Shown here: one piece after another, positions 1 through 13,517 of the stretch | Position numbering within the stretch: position 1 is the first letter of the stretch | Layout of the letters: every line of letters begins with the position of its first letter | Assembly: GCA_964016885.1 (NCBI GenBank) | Contig: OZ024742.1 | Coordinates: forward strand, 110,298,001 to 110,362,000 | Origin: Eledone cirrhosa | Lineage: Eukaryota | DNA: 64,000 nucleotides | Direction: 5' to 3' | Position numbers and translations under genes: made by a program | Notes under the pieces: model-generated | Seen by the model: the letters and a program-made list of their open reading frames with translations, nothing else | Told to the model about the DNA's origin: nothing | The model's database searches: none

Positions 1-45
1 AAAAATATTTGCTTGTTGTATCCCAACAATTTAAATATAAGTTCT

Positions 46-141
<96 letters not shown>

Positions 142-205
142 TTATATGTATAAATATGTTTATGTATATGTACATATATATATATGTATATTTATTTATA
201 CATAA

Positions 206-282
<77 letters not shown>

Positions 283-289
<7 letters not shown>

Positions 290-613
290 GTGAGGTTTTT
301 TTTACAAAATGAAAAATAACCGAGGTGTCCTACACGAGTGAAAGTATAAAGAAAAAGAGATGAAATCGAAAATGCAACTGGAGTCTTATTTAAAAAAAAA
401 ATATATATATTTATTTGGTTCCTTTACCGGTTTCGCAGTTCTTCTGCTTTTCAAAAGGTGAGTTGAGATGGAGGGTCTGAAAAACCACAGACCCTCCATC
501 TCAACTCACCTTTTGAAAAGCAGAAGAACTGCGAAACCGGTAAAGGAACCAAATAAATATATATATTTAAAAAAAAAATAAGACTCCAGTTGCATTTTCG
601 ATTGCATCTCTTT

Positions 614-617
<4 letters not shown>
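283..617. mobile_element. Fold-back element family A, copy 1 (PLE pLTR-like, hammerhead-bearing), inserted in (TA)n
   Basis: Arms ~350-479 and ~488-617 are reverse complements, with a unique tail at 283-349. Near-identical copy at 38962-39320. Flanked by (TA)n on both sides. Confidence 0.85.
509..546 (+). ncRNA. Minimal type I hammerhead ribozyme motif, U3-A8 variant (mirror copy on - strand at 421-458)
   Basis: cctt-TTGAAAA-gcag(aagaa)ctgc-GAA-accggt-A-aagg. Stem I cctt/aagg, stem II 4 bp, palindromic stem III ACCGGT, GUA cleavage triplet. Confidence 0.7.
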
Positions 618-648
<31 letters not shown>

Positions 649-650
<2 letters not shown>

Positions 651-703
651 AAAAAGTATGACCCCGACGGCAGAGCTCAAGCCGTTTCGACGGCTATTTC
701 TGG
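649..703 (-). mobile_element. Short fragment of fold-back family E (3' half of hammerhead)
   Basis: Reverse complement reads agccgtcGAAACGGCttgagctctGCCGTCggggtcatac, matching 63862-63901. Confidence 0.7.
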
Positions 704-725
704 AAATTTATATTTAAATATAAAT

Positions 726-847
<122 letters not shown>

Positions 848-898
848 CTATATCTATATGATATATATCTATATCTATATCTCTCTCTATATATATAT

Positions 899-939
<41 letters not shown>

Positions 940-950
940 GATATATATAA

Positions 951-1140
951 GTTATTCCGGGTTGAATCGGAGATAACCACAGTAAGTAAGGTACTCAATA
1001 CATAACAGAGTATAAATATTTTAATATAGAAGAGCTTCTACACGACTAGAACTGTTTCATTCGTGAGAAATCATCAGATAAAACAGTTCTAGTCCTGTAT
1101 GAAACAGTTCTAGACCTGTAGAAACGCTTCTATATTAAAA
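951..1140 (-). mobile_element. Small fold-back PLE-like remnant with degenerate hammerhead
   Basis: 1019-1060 pairs with ~1099-1140. The - strand reads CTGATGA-tttctcacgaat-GAAACA...TGTA. The 3' tail has tgtattgagtac, like family E tails. Lies between (TA)n tracts. Confidence 0.55.
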
Positions 1141-1229
1141 AAAAAATATATATATGTATATATATAAGTATATATATATGTATATATATATGTATATATG
1201 TATGTATATATTTGTATATATAGGTACAT

Positions 1230-1320
<91 letters not shown>

Positions 1321-1749
1321 TGAACGTCTGAAAGTATATACTTTCCTTATGCATATTAACGGCCGAGCAGCCTAATTTGGATATCGAGTGAGTTTAGTCG
1401 GCCGTGCGCACCGATATGCAAATTAGGCTGCTTAGCTGTTAATATGCATAAGGAAAGTATATACTTTCAGACGTTCAACCATCTGGCAGGAAGGTATACG
1501 ATGCTGATGATAGCTAATAAGCTTGAAACTAGTACATCGTTTCTGTGTCAGTGTTGAACAAAAAGGTGATCTGGTTGCCTAAACACTGTACGGCGTAATT
1601 CGGGCTGTTTGTTTGTTTACAAACAAACCGAGCATTATAATAAATGTTCGGTAAACCGATACGTGCATATATATATGTGTGCATGTATGTATATATATAC
1701 ATACTACTCTACGTCTGTATACATATATGTATGTACGTATACATACTTA
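1321..1749 (+). mobile_element. Retrozyme-like hammerhead element family B, locus 1 (with 5' inversion)
   Basis: 1321-1386 pairs with ~1412-1477. Homologous to 50581-51746 and 61908-62731. Flanked by (TA)n; no real ORF. Confidence 0.85.
1498..1540 (+). ncRNA. Minimal type I hammerhead ribozyme (family B)
   Basis: acgatg-CTGATGA-t-agct(aata)agct-t-GAA-actagt-A-catcgt. Canonical core, 6-bp stem I, palindromic stem III, GUA site. Confidence 0.88.
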
Positions 1750-2298
1750 TATATATATATATATGTATATATACATACATATATATATACAAATATGTAT
1801 ATAAATACGTATGTACATATAATATATAAATATATATGTAGATATATATGTATATATATATGTGTGCGCGTGTGTGTATATAAGACATTCAGATTATATT
1901 TTTTCTAAATTATTTTAATTTTTTTATTTTTGAATCTTTTTTTAAAAGTTATTATACAGATATGTATAAACGTTTCTATGTAAGTATGTATATGCAGGTT
2001 TGAGTTAATGTGTGTAAATGTGTAGCAGTATGATTGTACAATATCTTCTTTTTCATAACATCTTAATATCCATTTGCTAAAAATGATTTTTTAAAGAAAA
2101 TAAAACTGTCTGTTCCATCTAGCCATATCCATTATATTTGCTATATATTTTGTGTCATGTGAAAGTCATTCTCAATCCGCGAAACTTAGAGTAGCAGAAG
2201 AGAGTTATCCATAATATATTATGTTATAATCTATTCTCATCTAATATAACATAATATGATATGATATATATAATATAATGATAATAATAATAATAATT

Positions 2299-2460
2299 GT
2301 TTCTACTTTTGGCACAAGGCCAGCAATTATCACAGTGGATTACTGGTGGTCTAATTTATCGACCCCCGTTAGGGGTTCAACTCAGAACGTAAAGGGCCAT
2401 AACTCTATGTTGCAAAGGATGGGGTCTGACGCTCTACCGATACTGCCAATCCACCGCCCC
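2299..2460 (-). mobile_element. tRNA-derived SINE (major family)
   Basis: Reverse complement matches 47116-47300 (ggtggattggcagtatcggtagagcg...ggggtcgataaa...gctggccttgtgcc), followed by a (TTA)n-type tail. Confidence 0.8.
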
Positions 2461-2668
2461 TAATAATAATAATATATATATATATATCTATACATATTAA
2501 TAATATATGTATATATATATATATATAAAATTTAAAGGGTATATACATATAAACTAGACAAAGTCATAGATACATATATATGTCTTTGGTGTGGCTCAAT
2601 GAAGAATTAATTAAATAATTAATAATCAGAGCAGTATATATAAAAGTAAGTCCATAGAATCAATAGAT

Positions 2669-3352
2669 AAAATATATACAGTATTTCTCCTCCCAATCAG
2701 CATAAATCAACCACACAAAAAATCATTTAAACGAGGCTGTAAGTTTAAAATGTACTTATGAAGAAATAATAGACAAATGATATAGCTTTTTTCCGCGACG
2801 TACAGCTACACAACGTTTACCTAATATTTCTATTAGCCTGTAGAAATTAACTAGACATATAGTTAACTACGCATAATTAGGTAGACAATCAAAGTTAGAA
2901 GAAAGAATGTACATAAACTTGACCACTGGCCACGTGATGATTCTTAGCCATTTTGAATTCGTTTTTGGCGGGGATCATGTTAGAAAAATCTTTGTCCAAT
3001 TGAGTTATCTCCTGATGAGTTCCAAACCTCGTTGATTTATCCAAGACCGGATATATCCCAAAAGTGAACGAAACCTCGGGGTGGTAGAGATATTATGAGG
3101 ATTTTGGTAAAGTTTTTCTTCTAAGTTTGATTTTGTACCTAATTATGTGTAGTTAACTATATGTCTAGTCGATTTCTACAGGCTAATAGAAATATTAGGT
3201 AAACGTTTTGTAGCTGTACGTCGCGGATAAGAAGCTATATCCTTTATCTATTATTTCTTCATAAGTACATTTTAAACTTATAGTCTCGTTTAAATGATTT
3301 TTAGTGTGGTTGATTTATACTGATTGGGAGGAGAAATACTGTATATATTTTA
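2669..3352 (+). mobile_element. Fold-back element family C with a hammerhead in the spacer
   Basis: ~235-bp arms (~2669-2904 and ~3115-3352) are high-identity reverse complements around a ~210-bp spacer. Confidence 0.8.
3006..3092 (+). ncRNA. Type I hammerhead ribozyme motif with long stem II loop
   Basis: tatctc-CTGATGA-gttc...(43 nt)...gaac-GAA-acc(tcggggt)ggt-A-gagata. Stem I 6 bp, GUA site. Confidence 0.75.
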
Positions 3353-3370
3353 TGTAATGTGATATGTGCA

Positions 3371-3700
3371 TCGGATACGTCTCGATTCTACGAAGCAGAT
3401 TTTCCTATTGTCCTTTTCTAACCACTCAGTGGCTAGAAATACCGATGACGTGTACAATTCTTGACCACTCATGGAATGACAACAGCAGGATCTAAATCAA
3501 CAAACGAAGGAATTCGATGTTAAAGGACAATAGGAAAATCTACTTCGTGGAATCGTGACGTATCCGAGGACCGCGCGATTTCAGAGTCAGGTTTGATCAC
3601 CATCGATCGTGCCTCGAGCTGGTCGCCCGAGAAACAATTGTAATATGTCCAATAAATTCCTTTCGTCGCAACACTGATTCTCTTTTTTTTTCTGTGATAT
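3371..3700 (+). mobile_element. Fold-back PLE-like remnant
   Basis: 3371-3416 pairs with ~3521-3567. Downstream GAAACAATTGTA is a palindromic stem III-like motif; AATAAA precedes the (TA)n. Confidence 0.5.
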
Positions 3701-4519
3701 ATATATCTATTTTATATATATATATATATAGAGAGAGAGAGATAGATATAGAAGGATGACATTATCTATTGATGTTTACTGTTATGTTTAATAAAAAAAT
3801 GATTGAGACCCCCATTTGTAAATGCTTGTTATTATTCATAATCATGTTAAACATACATTAAAGTTAATGTATATTTCTCATTTCATATTAATCTTCAGAT
3901 CGAATTAATGAAACAACAATTTACAGCACTCCTGTAAATTACTACAAACAGGAACACGGTATACTTTGGTAGATAACTTGTGGTTCAGGTTTCTCATTCG
4001 GCCGACTCCCTGTGTGCCACATGACTACTCGATCTAGCCTGACCTGGGACAACATATGTGATAACAACTTAAGTTACAGAAGGAGGATTTCTGTAATTAC
4101 AAAAATAGTTAATAGCTTTCTTGTAAATAGTGTGTCTGACACTCTGTAACCGGTCAATTTATTTGCCAAGCATTTTTAGTTATCTAAATACATAAAAACT
4201 GTTATATTTACTTGAGAAATTTGTTGTCGACCGACTGTGATCTGGTCACTAACAATTCAATTGCAGCTTAGTTTATTGACAAAGGTAAGAAATAAGGAGT
4301 ACGACAATTATATAGTGGGATAGAATTTCCTATATTTTTTTCGACATCAGCCAATTTACTATTGTCCTTGTTCTATGTTACTGAGCTAGAACAGGTTTAG
4401 ACATAATATCCCGAGCAGAAAATGACTTTCATTTTTCCTTATCAAGGAAGAGAAAAAAACCCCACTCGGCCGTCTCCCTTGTTCAACAAGAGAAACGCCA
4501 TAATTTGATGATAACAGGC

Positions 4520-4830
4520 TAAAATGGCTCTTCAGCGATGTAATCAAATTGTTCTAAAACTTCTAAGATTGATGCTCAACCACGTCACTTGAGAAAATTT
4601 GATACCGACATCAATATAAAAGCATGTTTGGTGTGAAAACGACATAGTGTAACATTTAGATAACGCCCAAGCTCCCAATAAAATTGAAATAGCGGACCTT
4701 GTACCCCACGTTAAGAATTGCGGATGTATCTACTTCCGTTTTAACACACGATTTCTGAACAAGCACTTGCCAAACAGGCACAATTCGCAAATTTCTCCAC
4801 TGATCTTACTACTTTCAATCTGCTGCGACT
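4520..4830 (+). pseudogene. Possible decayed pogo/Tigger-type DDE transposase fragment
   Basis: ttagataacgcccaa encodes LDNA. Downstream tgtatctacttccgttttaacacac and caggcacaattcgcaaatttc resemble the LPxNTT...DQGxIxxFK motifs, but are heavily disrupted. Confidence 0.35.
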
Positions 4831-5097
4831 TTTGATGTCCATAATTACTATAGTTGAGCGGCAAATCGACTGAGTCATTAAAATGTTAGATAAACTGCTT
4901 TGCAACTTACTGTCTGGCTTTCTGAACTCGGAGTTCGAATCTTGCCAAGGTCATTTGTGTCACTCACCTCACAGAATTCAATAAATATAAGCCGAAGTAC
5001 TAACATCGCCACTTCTTTTCCTCTCCTTCCTCTTATTTCTCATATATATATATACATATATATAAATAAAATGGCGGGCTGTGTGGTTGCAATTAAG

Positions 5098-5618
5098 TAT
5101 AATGAAAATAAAAAGTTACGGAATCATAGATATTTCTTCGCGTTAGAGACAATATACCTCAACCTCAATTGTGAGCAATAACTAAAATAAGTTATTGGGA
5201 TAAAAAGCAGGGAGGGGGGAGGGAAGAGAGAGAGAAAAGAAAAGGTGAACAGACACGAAAAGTGTAGCAACGTAAAGAGAGGAAAAATATCATAGATATT
5301 TCTTCGCCTCCGCTAGCTCACTTCCTCCCTCCTCCACCACTGCAAGCAGTCTCTTTCTCGCTCACACTCCTACAGTGAAGACGTGTCTGTTCTCTCGTCA
5401 CACTTGCCAGGACTTATGACCGAAAAAAGTTTAACTTGATATTTTTCCTCTCTTTACGTTGCTTCACTTTTCGTGTCTGTTTACGCATATTAGTTATTGC
5501 TCGCACTAGGTTGAGGTATATTGTCTCTAACGCGAAGAAATAAATATCTATGATTCCTAGCAGACGACTGATGATGGATATTACTCTCTTTCACCCGTAA
5601 CTTTTTATTTTCATTATA
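5098..5618. mobile_element. Fold-back element with gapped arms
   Basis: 5098-5292 pairs with 5437-5618, with indels. An isolated CTGATGA lies at 5568-5574. Ends in (TA)n. Confidence 0.65.
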
Positions 5619-6518
5619 TATATATATATATGGAAGAAATCGGTTGTGTTTAGAACTGCAATGGAACGGGCTCTAACTAGTTTAAAATGCCATGAATATA
5701 AATTTGTTCTCTTTCGTGTTTCTTCATATTATTAAAGTACTTGTTAAAAATTGTTATCATAATTATATTCCCCTTTTCTTTAAATTTTTGGGAAAGTGTA
5801 ATTGTTGTGGTCGTTGCCGTTATCATTGATGTTGATAATGCTCTTAATATTTTTTTATTTTTATTGTTGTCGATGTTGTCACTGTTATTCTCATTATCAT
5901 TGTTTATCACCCTTGTCAATGTTTATTGCTATTTTTTTCTATCGTGATTTACCGCATTTTGGTGTATTCCTTTATTCTGTATTTTTTTTTATCCTTATTC
6001 TACATCTATAGCTTATGTACCTGTGATAACTCCTTTTATTCCGTTCTGCTCAAAGATAAACAGTAGAAACCACGTGATGTTTCATATTCATTTGTCGTTA
6101 GTTTTCCCTCACGTCTCAGATTTTTCAAAATATTTCAAAATATTTTTTCTACTGTTTAAAAATACATTTTTTTGTTTCCTTTGTGTTGTTTCACACTCAC
6201 TAACAACACTATTTCTCTTCATCTGATATTGTTAACGAGCAAAACAACTATATGTTATTGTATTTCATTAAAACCATTCTTTACGCTCCTACCACACCTT
6301 CACACAAACATATACACGCACACATCGGTTTGATGTTTTGGATTATGTATTTATTTGACTACTTTATTTATCTATATCTATTGTTATTATTATTAGTATT
6401 ATTGTTATTTTAACTCTCTTGCATTGTTATCTGATGAAACACATACATAATTCGAAATTACACAATTTGTAAACACACAAGCATACATACATAAATATAT
6501 TCGTATGTATATATATAA

Positions 6519-6595
<77 letters not shown>

Positions 6596-6613
6596 TATAT
6601 ATATATATATATA

Positions 6614-6659
<46 letters not shown>

Positions 6660-6770
6660 TATATATATATATATATATATATAAATATACAAATGCATAT
6701 AGATATATATATACATATATATATACAGTATATATATATATATATATACTGTATATATATATGTATATAT

Positions 6771-6947
<177 letters not shown>

Positions 6948-9629
6948 TTATATATTCATTTATATATTCATATATATATTCCTAAATGTATGTATGTGCG
7001 GAAAAAATGGGTAGATTAATACGAAAGTATGTAAATATTTATCAACTAGAAGTTGTAAAGCCAGCATTATGTAACTTTTATTTGTTCTTTGGATTTTTTA
7101 TACACACACGAACGCACACACACACATACACACATACACACAGACACACACACACACACACACAGGCACACAGACACACAGACACACACATTAATACTTA
7201 TATATTTTTGTATGCGTGTCTGTGTGCTTGTCTATATGTAGGTGAGTGTGTGTTAGTGTGTTGATTTAATATTTTATTCCTCTACTGGCTTATGTCATTA
7301 AACAGTGGCTATGCTGGGGTAGGGCCTTAATCGATCATATCGATTATATCGACCACAATACTAATTTTTTCAAGTTTGGTACTTATTGTATTGAAACCTG
7401 TTTGCTGAGATACTAAGCTACAGAAACATAAACAAACATAGGCAGAGAGACAGACGGACACAAGTACACGCACACAAACATATATACACTCATAAAACAC
7501 GGTAGAAAACATTTGTACAACGTGGCATGCAGAAATTATTGGTGTCAATATAATCGAATATGTTTCACCACAAAATGTGTGGCCATGTTTTATTCAAGAA
7601 TTCAATATATGATTTATATTCTCTATGATGTCTTATGTAATATTTATATAATGGAAATGTTCTAGTTCCCATTTTATAACAACGGAGAGAATCGAAAACG
7701 ATTTCTAAAACAAATATCAAACTTGACCCCATAACACAAAAAGGTAAAAACAAAAGCTGATGATATAAATATACACATGCATATGAATACAAATGTCGAA
7801 ATAGAAATGATTTAAGGCTAGTTTAGAAGGTGCTGAACATGGAAGAGTGTATTTAAGAGTATAAGTATATATATGTATGGCTTTCTTAAAATACATATTA
7901 TATTTGTTATTTTCTCCCGAAGCGTATAAATAAATATTTTATAAAAACGGTTTTTCCTAATTTTTGCTTGAAGTATGTATTGGATCCTCAGCCTTTTTTG
8001 TTTTGAAGATTGTCCGTGTTCTCATTTTTTTATATTTTAAAATTTGGTTTTATGAGCGATAGGGATCGTCATTTTCAGTCTTATGACCCAAACCAAAGCA
8101 GAAGAATATGTAAACTAACATTCAATACGGAATTATTAAAAAAACTGTCACGCTTGTTACAGATGCTGTAGTATCATTATTTTCAATACAAACCTCAATT
8201 ACATTAAACAACCTGTAAAAATATCATCAGATACAAGCCCATAGAGAGCATGAATGTAATTAAATTAGGAATGCCTTGTCACTTATATGCAAACCTTTCA
8301 CTATAACACAAATTAATTGAGATCAATTCCTCATTTCAATCCAAATGTAAAACTAGAGGGATCAACGTTACGCCAATAAAATGGAGTATCGTCAAATAAG
8401 CCGTGCAATATGTGAACGGATCATAGACGTAAAACGCATGCATTGCGGAGAATTAGCACATTTTAATAGAAAAAGATAAAATCCAATATCCTTAACAGAA
8501 GAATCTAATATTTCTCAACATATCTCTTTATAAATTAGAAACATAACTATGTTAAACTACTGATCTAACGTAAATTAACATATGTAATTAGTGTAATACA
8601 ATACAATCTGCATTTATATCATTGAGTGAATAAGAAAAGGCCGAAGCTGTATCGGTTCTCTTCGGCTAGCTTCGTAAACCTATATATATATATAGCTGTG
8701 CGCGCGCGTGTGTGTGTATGTGCGTGCGCGCGCGTGTGTATGTAAGTATTAAAAGTACACAGTTGTACAAGGAATTAGACAGGATAGAAGAATACAATGT
8801 AGAAGAAACAGAAAATCGAAAAACGCATCCACGCAAGACACTTCATCAGCTGGCGAATGGATATAATTATGATTTCGACATGTACACACATACACACATA
8901 CACACATACCTACATACACACACAGCCATCCTATTCAAGCCTATACTATAACCCGCTAACTGTAGATAGGTTACTGTAGTGGCCAACCATGAAACATAAA
9001 TCCTGCAAAGATATCATAAGTATTGACATAATAGATATTGCAACGTGTCTTTATATATTTGAAATATGCTATATACAATTTGCAAACAAACTATATAATA
9101 TACAACAGGGAAAGAAAAGAACATAATAATCCATAAAATAAATCTGTGTCTGTGTGGATAGTGATGTACAAAGATTAAGAGACTTTGAAACTTTCATTCG
9201 TGATTAAAGTCAGAATTTATCACGCTGTACGTGTGTGGTGTGTGTAGTTGTGTGGTGTGTGTATGTATATGTGTGTGTGTGTGAGTGTGTGTGTGTGTGT
9301 GTGTGTGTAAGTGCGTGGTTTAGACAGTTGTGAGATAATGTATTGACATTTTAAAGAATATTCAAATAATCTCTCTGCAAACCTAGGAAAGATTTTCAGA
9401 TTAAAATATATGAATGTATGTATAAATGTGTGTAATTGTATGTGTGTGTTTTGTGTGTCTGTGTGGGTGTGTGAGGGTATATGTGTATGTATGTATTTAT
9501 GTATTTATGCATATATGTATTTATTATATATGTATGTATGTATATGTATGTATATGTATGTATAATATATGTATATATGCATATATGTATTTATGTATAT
9601 ATGTATGTATATATAATATATGTATGTAT

Positions 9630-9740
9630 TTTTTTCTGGTTTCATTATTTATAAATTCTCACCAATAGCGAGAGAGAGAGCCGGTATCTAACATAGAGAC
9701 GACACTTTCATTGGAATTTAGATATCAACTAGGTAAATAC

Positions 9741-9786
<46 letters not shown>

Positions 9787-10606
9787 ATATGCATGTTTTG
9801 AGTTATATGTGAATACATGTATATGTTTCTGTGTCCCTACATGTATATATGCAGTTATTACATGCAGACTTTCTGAAATGGTTTCCATATATTTACAGTT
9901 CCATTAATGGACTATACTTGCAACCTCCTCACTTGCCGTGTTCTTTCTGGTTCTGTGAAGCTCAGCTCCTCAAGATTTGTAGTGAGGTAGTTAGTAAAAT
10001 ATCCAATAGCCTCAATGATCACAGGTACAAATATAAAGGTAGAGTCAGAGCACTCATTAGTTCAGTATAAATGTTCTCCTTTTCACTGATCTTTATATTG
10101 CTAGGCAGCTGACTTCCATTATTATGCATGTCTTCTTTTCTCTGTCCCATATCATTATGTCGGTTTTGTTGTGTTTGCATTTTAGTGGGGTTTTGACTGG
10201 AACATTCCACCAGTACTCTTTCATATTATGTATGTATATGTCCTCCACATTATTCTAACTTTTTATATGTTTATTGTCGGGGCTATCTTTTCTATGGGTT
10301 GCATTGACTACCCTGATGACATCTCTAGACAGCTGCTTACGATATTAGTGACATTTTTTTATGTTAATTCAGCAGAGTCTGCATCTGTTGTCAGATCTAG
10401 GTGTTTTTCTTGCATCTCTTTTGTGAATCAAGCAGTTATTTTCTGCTCTTGGATTGCAAAAGCATATCCTTCAAAGTGAGAGCCAATATAGCGATTGTTG
10501 GTCCAAGATAGATTATGGGTTAGGTTTTTATTCTTATCCCCTGTGAACCAATTATATATCCTTTATATTTCTCCAGTATAAAGGACAAGGGGTTTAATGA
10601 CAGTAT

Positions 10607-10656
<50 letters not shown>

Positions 10657-10884
10657 TCCTTAAAATATACCTTGGGATAGTCTATTTTATCAGTGAAAAT
10701 AGAGTCCTCCATTTCTGTATTTCATTTTAAGATAGGTTTTCTATGGTTCTGATAATGGTACCTGTGTCTTTACCAAGTCGAAGGGCATCTATCATCTAAG
10801 AGTTGGGAACAGAGTAAAATGCTTTCCCGTAATCCACCCAGAGTGTAACCATGTTCCTCGCATGTAGCACCACCTTTAGCATTG
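9630..10884 (-). mobile_element. Degenerate, internally deleted R4/Dong-clade non-LTR element in (CATA)n
   Basis: 9635-10510 is homologous to 40410-41360 (3'UTR and RLE region). 10800-10880 encodes an RT motif (NMVTLWVDYGKAFYSVP). TGTA repeats on both sides. Confidence 0.85.
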
Positions 10885-10904
10885 TATGTATGTATGTACA
10901 TAAC

Positions 10905-11020
10905 GATGTTGCAGAGTCGTTAGAATGTCGGATAGAATGCTTCGCGGTATTTGTTCCAACTTTGCCTTTCACCCTTTTGAGGTCGATAAATAAAGTAGCA
11001 GTCTAGTTCTGGGGCCGATT
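10905..11020 (+). mobile_element. Degenerate SINE (major family)
   Basis: Contains the shared core aactttgcctttcacccttttgaggtcgataaa. Confidence 0.6.
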
Positions 11021-12494
11021 TTTCCATATTTCTATCTCAGTTCCCATCTCTCGCTCCCACTCTCTCTCTCTGGAAGGAATCAAATGTGGTCAAACCAAGA
11101 AATGGATTGGCCTATGCCACCACGGCGCCCCTACGACTCCATCAGAAATTGTAGACCACCGATGATGTATGTACGCATGTATGTATGTATGTATGTATGT
11201 ATGTATGTATGTATGTATGTATGTATGTATGTATGTATGTATGTATGTATGTATGTATGTATGTAGGTTCTCCTACATGGATATAAAGTAGTGGCCGTAC
11301 TCGAAAACGAGTTGGCAGCCATCATGTATGTATGTAAATAGGGAGGTACTCGTGCATACATGTCACACACACACACATACACACACACATACACACACAC
11401 ACACACATATATATATAATTGCTGTGACGCTATACTAGTGACTATATATTTTTTCCATGCATTTATTAATCACGTCTATTATTTTATTTCTGCTATCTCT
11501 CATTCTATATTCTGACGAAACGTTCGAAACGTTAAAATTATTTCCCTACATTATCAAGCGTTGTTCTCTCATTTTTTGTTGTAAGATTTCGTTCCAACAT
11601 ACACATATATAGAATATATTATTGTTGGGAAGCTGTACTAGGCTGTACATGTGTAATAAACTTATTCAAATTAGTTGTAACACTTTATATCACACATTTT
11701 CTGAAAATAATGTTCCTTGTCTTTTGTATATTTTGACGAATAAATTCTCAAACGGATATCTAGGAAATTTCAGTGCAAAATATATTGGGAATGAAACACT
11801 GCCAATTAATTATGAACATATATAAAAGAATAAAAGAATATATATGTTGAAAAAAATCATCGTCACCATCATCACCACATATATATGTATATAAATATCT
11901 ATACATATTATCAAGGAAAATATTGAAAAATTTCTAAGATTCTAAGCTCTAGCTAGATTTGTGTACTTGTATGTTTTGTACATGTTTTGATAGGAACGTA
12001 GATTTTGTACAAGCTATGGTTGTCACGTTGAATTTAAATGTGAAATCATCTTGATAGCTCTACAACACGTTGTGTTAATATAAAATATTTTTTATCTTTA
12101 GTTCTCGGATTTTCTAAGTTAGTTACACTTCTAATGGAATGCACATGGGAGAAAAGCTGATGAATAGAATGAATAAATATATAGAATAAATGAATTTATA
12201 CATAAAACAAAATAAAATTTATGAACCTTTCACTTATGGAAAGCGACACCAGAGCATTTTAGACATATATTCTTCTAAGAGGTTATATCTCTTTTCTGTA
12301 AATGGCAAAATTGAGGCGTGTTGACAAGATTATCAAAACACTTTCCACAAGATTCTTGGAATAAAGGGATTTGATTGTGGAGAAATGTCAAAATGGATTA
12401 GATTATGAAGCATTATGAACGACAAATATATATAATATATATATATGTGCGCGTGTGTGTAAGTGTGTGTGTATATATATATATATGAATACAC

Positions 12495-12800
12495 ACACAT
12501 ATATACATGAATATATATTTACACACACACACATATATATATATATGAAAACATACATATATTAATGTGCGTGTATGTGTCTATAGTATATATACATATG
12601 TATATATATATATAGACACACACGCACACGCACACACACACACAGACACACACACACACACACACATATATATACATGAATATATATTTACACACACACA
12701 CATATATATATATATATGAAAACATACATATATTAATGTGCGTGTATGTGTCTATAGTATATATACATATGTATATATATATATATATACACACACACGC

Positions 12801-12856
<56 letters not shown>

Positions 12857-12873
12857 GCACACACACATATATA
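12495..12873. repeat. Tandem duplication of a ~170-bp microsatellite-mosaic unit
   Basis: atgaaaacatacatatattaatgtgcgtgtatgtgtctatagtata occurs at ~12546 and ~12716. Confidence 0.8.
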
Positions 12874-13336
12874 TGAGATAAGAAAGGATGAAGAGACTAT
12901 TAAGAAGTGAAAACATTCTGGTTTTTGTGAGTAAAATATGTATAGTAGAAAGAAAAAAATATAAATGAAACCTTGTTGGTTACGATGTCAATAAATGTCT
13001 TTGTCTGTTAAAACTGAAATCTTATGCTGATAGGTCTAGAGAAAACTAATCGATATAACATGCATTTCCATTTCTCGCTATATTATCTTTGATATGATCG
13101 AAGAAAGACGAAGTGAAATACGTTTTGTTCATTCAGGTTTCCTTTTTGGGACATGTTTTCCTGGTGCTAAACTCATAGTGTTGTCACTTGTAAAGAGGTT
13201 TGTAACACTACCCAGTACTTCAACACGTTCTATTTAAAATATTATATGGAGTTCTAATGTCCTGTTTGTCACTATTTCTCCTTTAATACCAATGATATTC
13301 GTGTAGAACTATTGATTTGGATCTATATTTCTTTCT

Positions 13337-13517
13337 GTGGTTTGGCAGTATCGGTAGAGCGCCAGACACCTTGCTTTGCAGCATAGAGTTTTGGCCCTTT
13401 GTGTTCTGAGTTCAAATCCGCCGAGGTTAACTTTGCCATTCATCCTTACGGGGTAGATAAAATACAGTACCAGTGATGCACTGGGGTAATGGCTGGCCGT
13501 GTGCCAAAAGTAGAAAC
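13337..13517 (+). mobile_element. tRNA-derived SINE (major family)
   Basis: A-box-like tggcagtatcggtagagcg, B-box gagttcaaatcc, core gccgaggttaactttgcc. Confidence 0.85.

Noticed and set aside
11505-11540. CTGACGA-aacgttc-GAAACGTT hammerhead-like motif
   Set aside because: Stem II is collapsed and stem I weak; probably a dead remnant.
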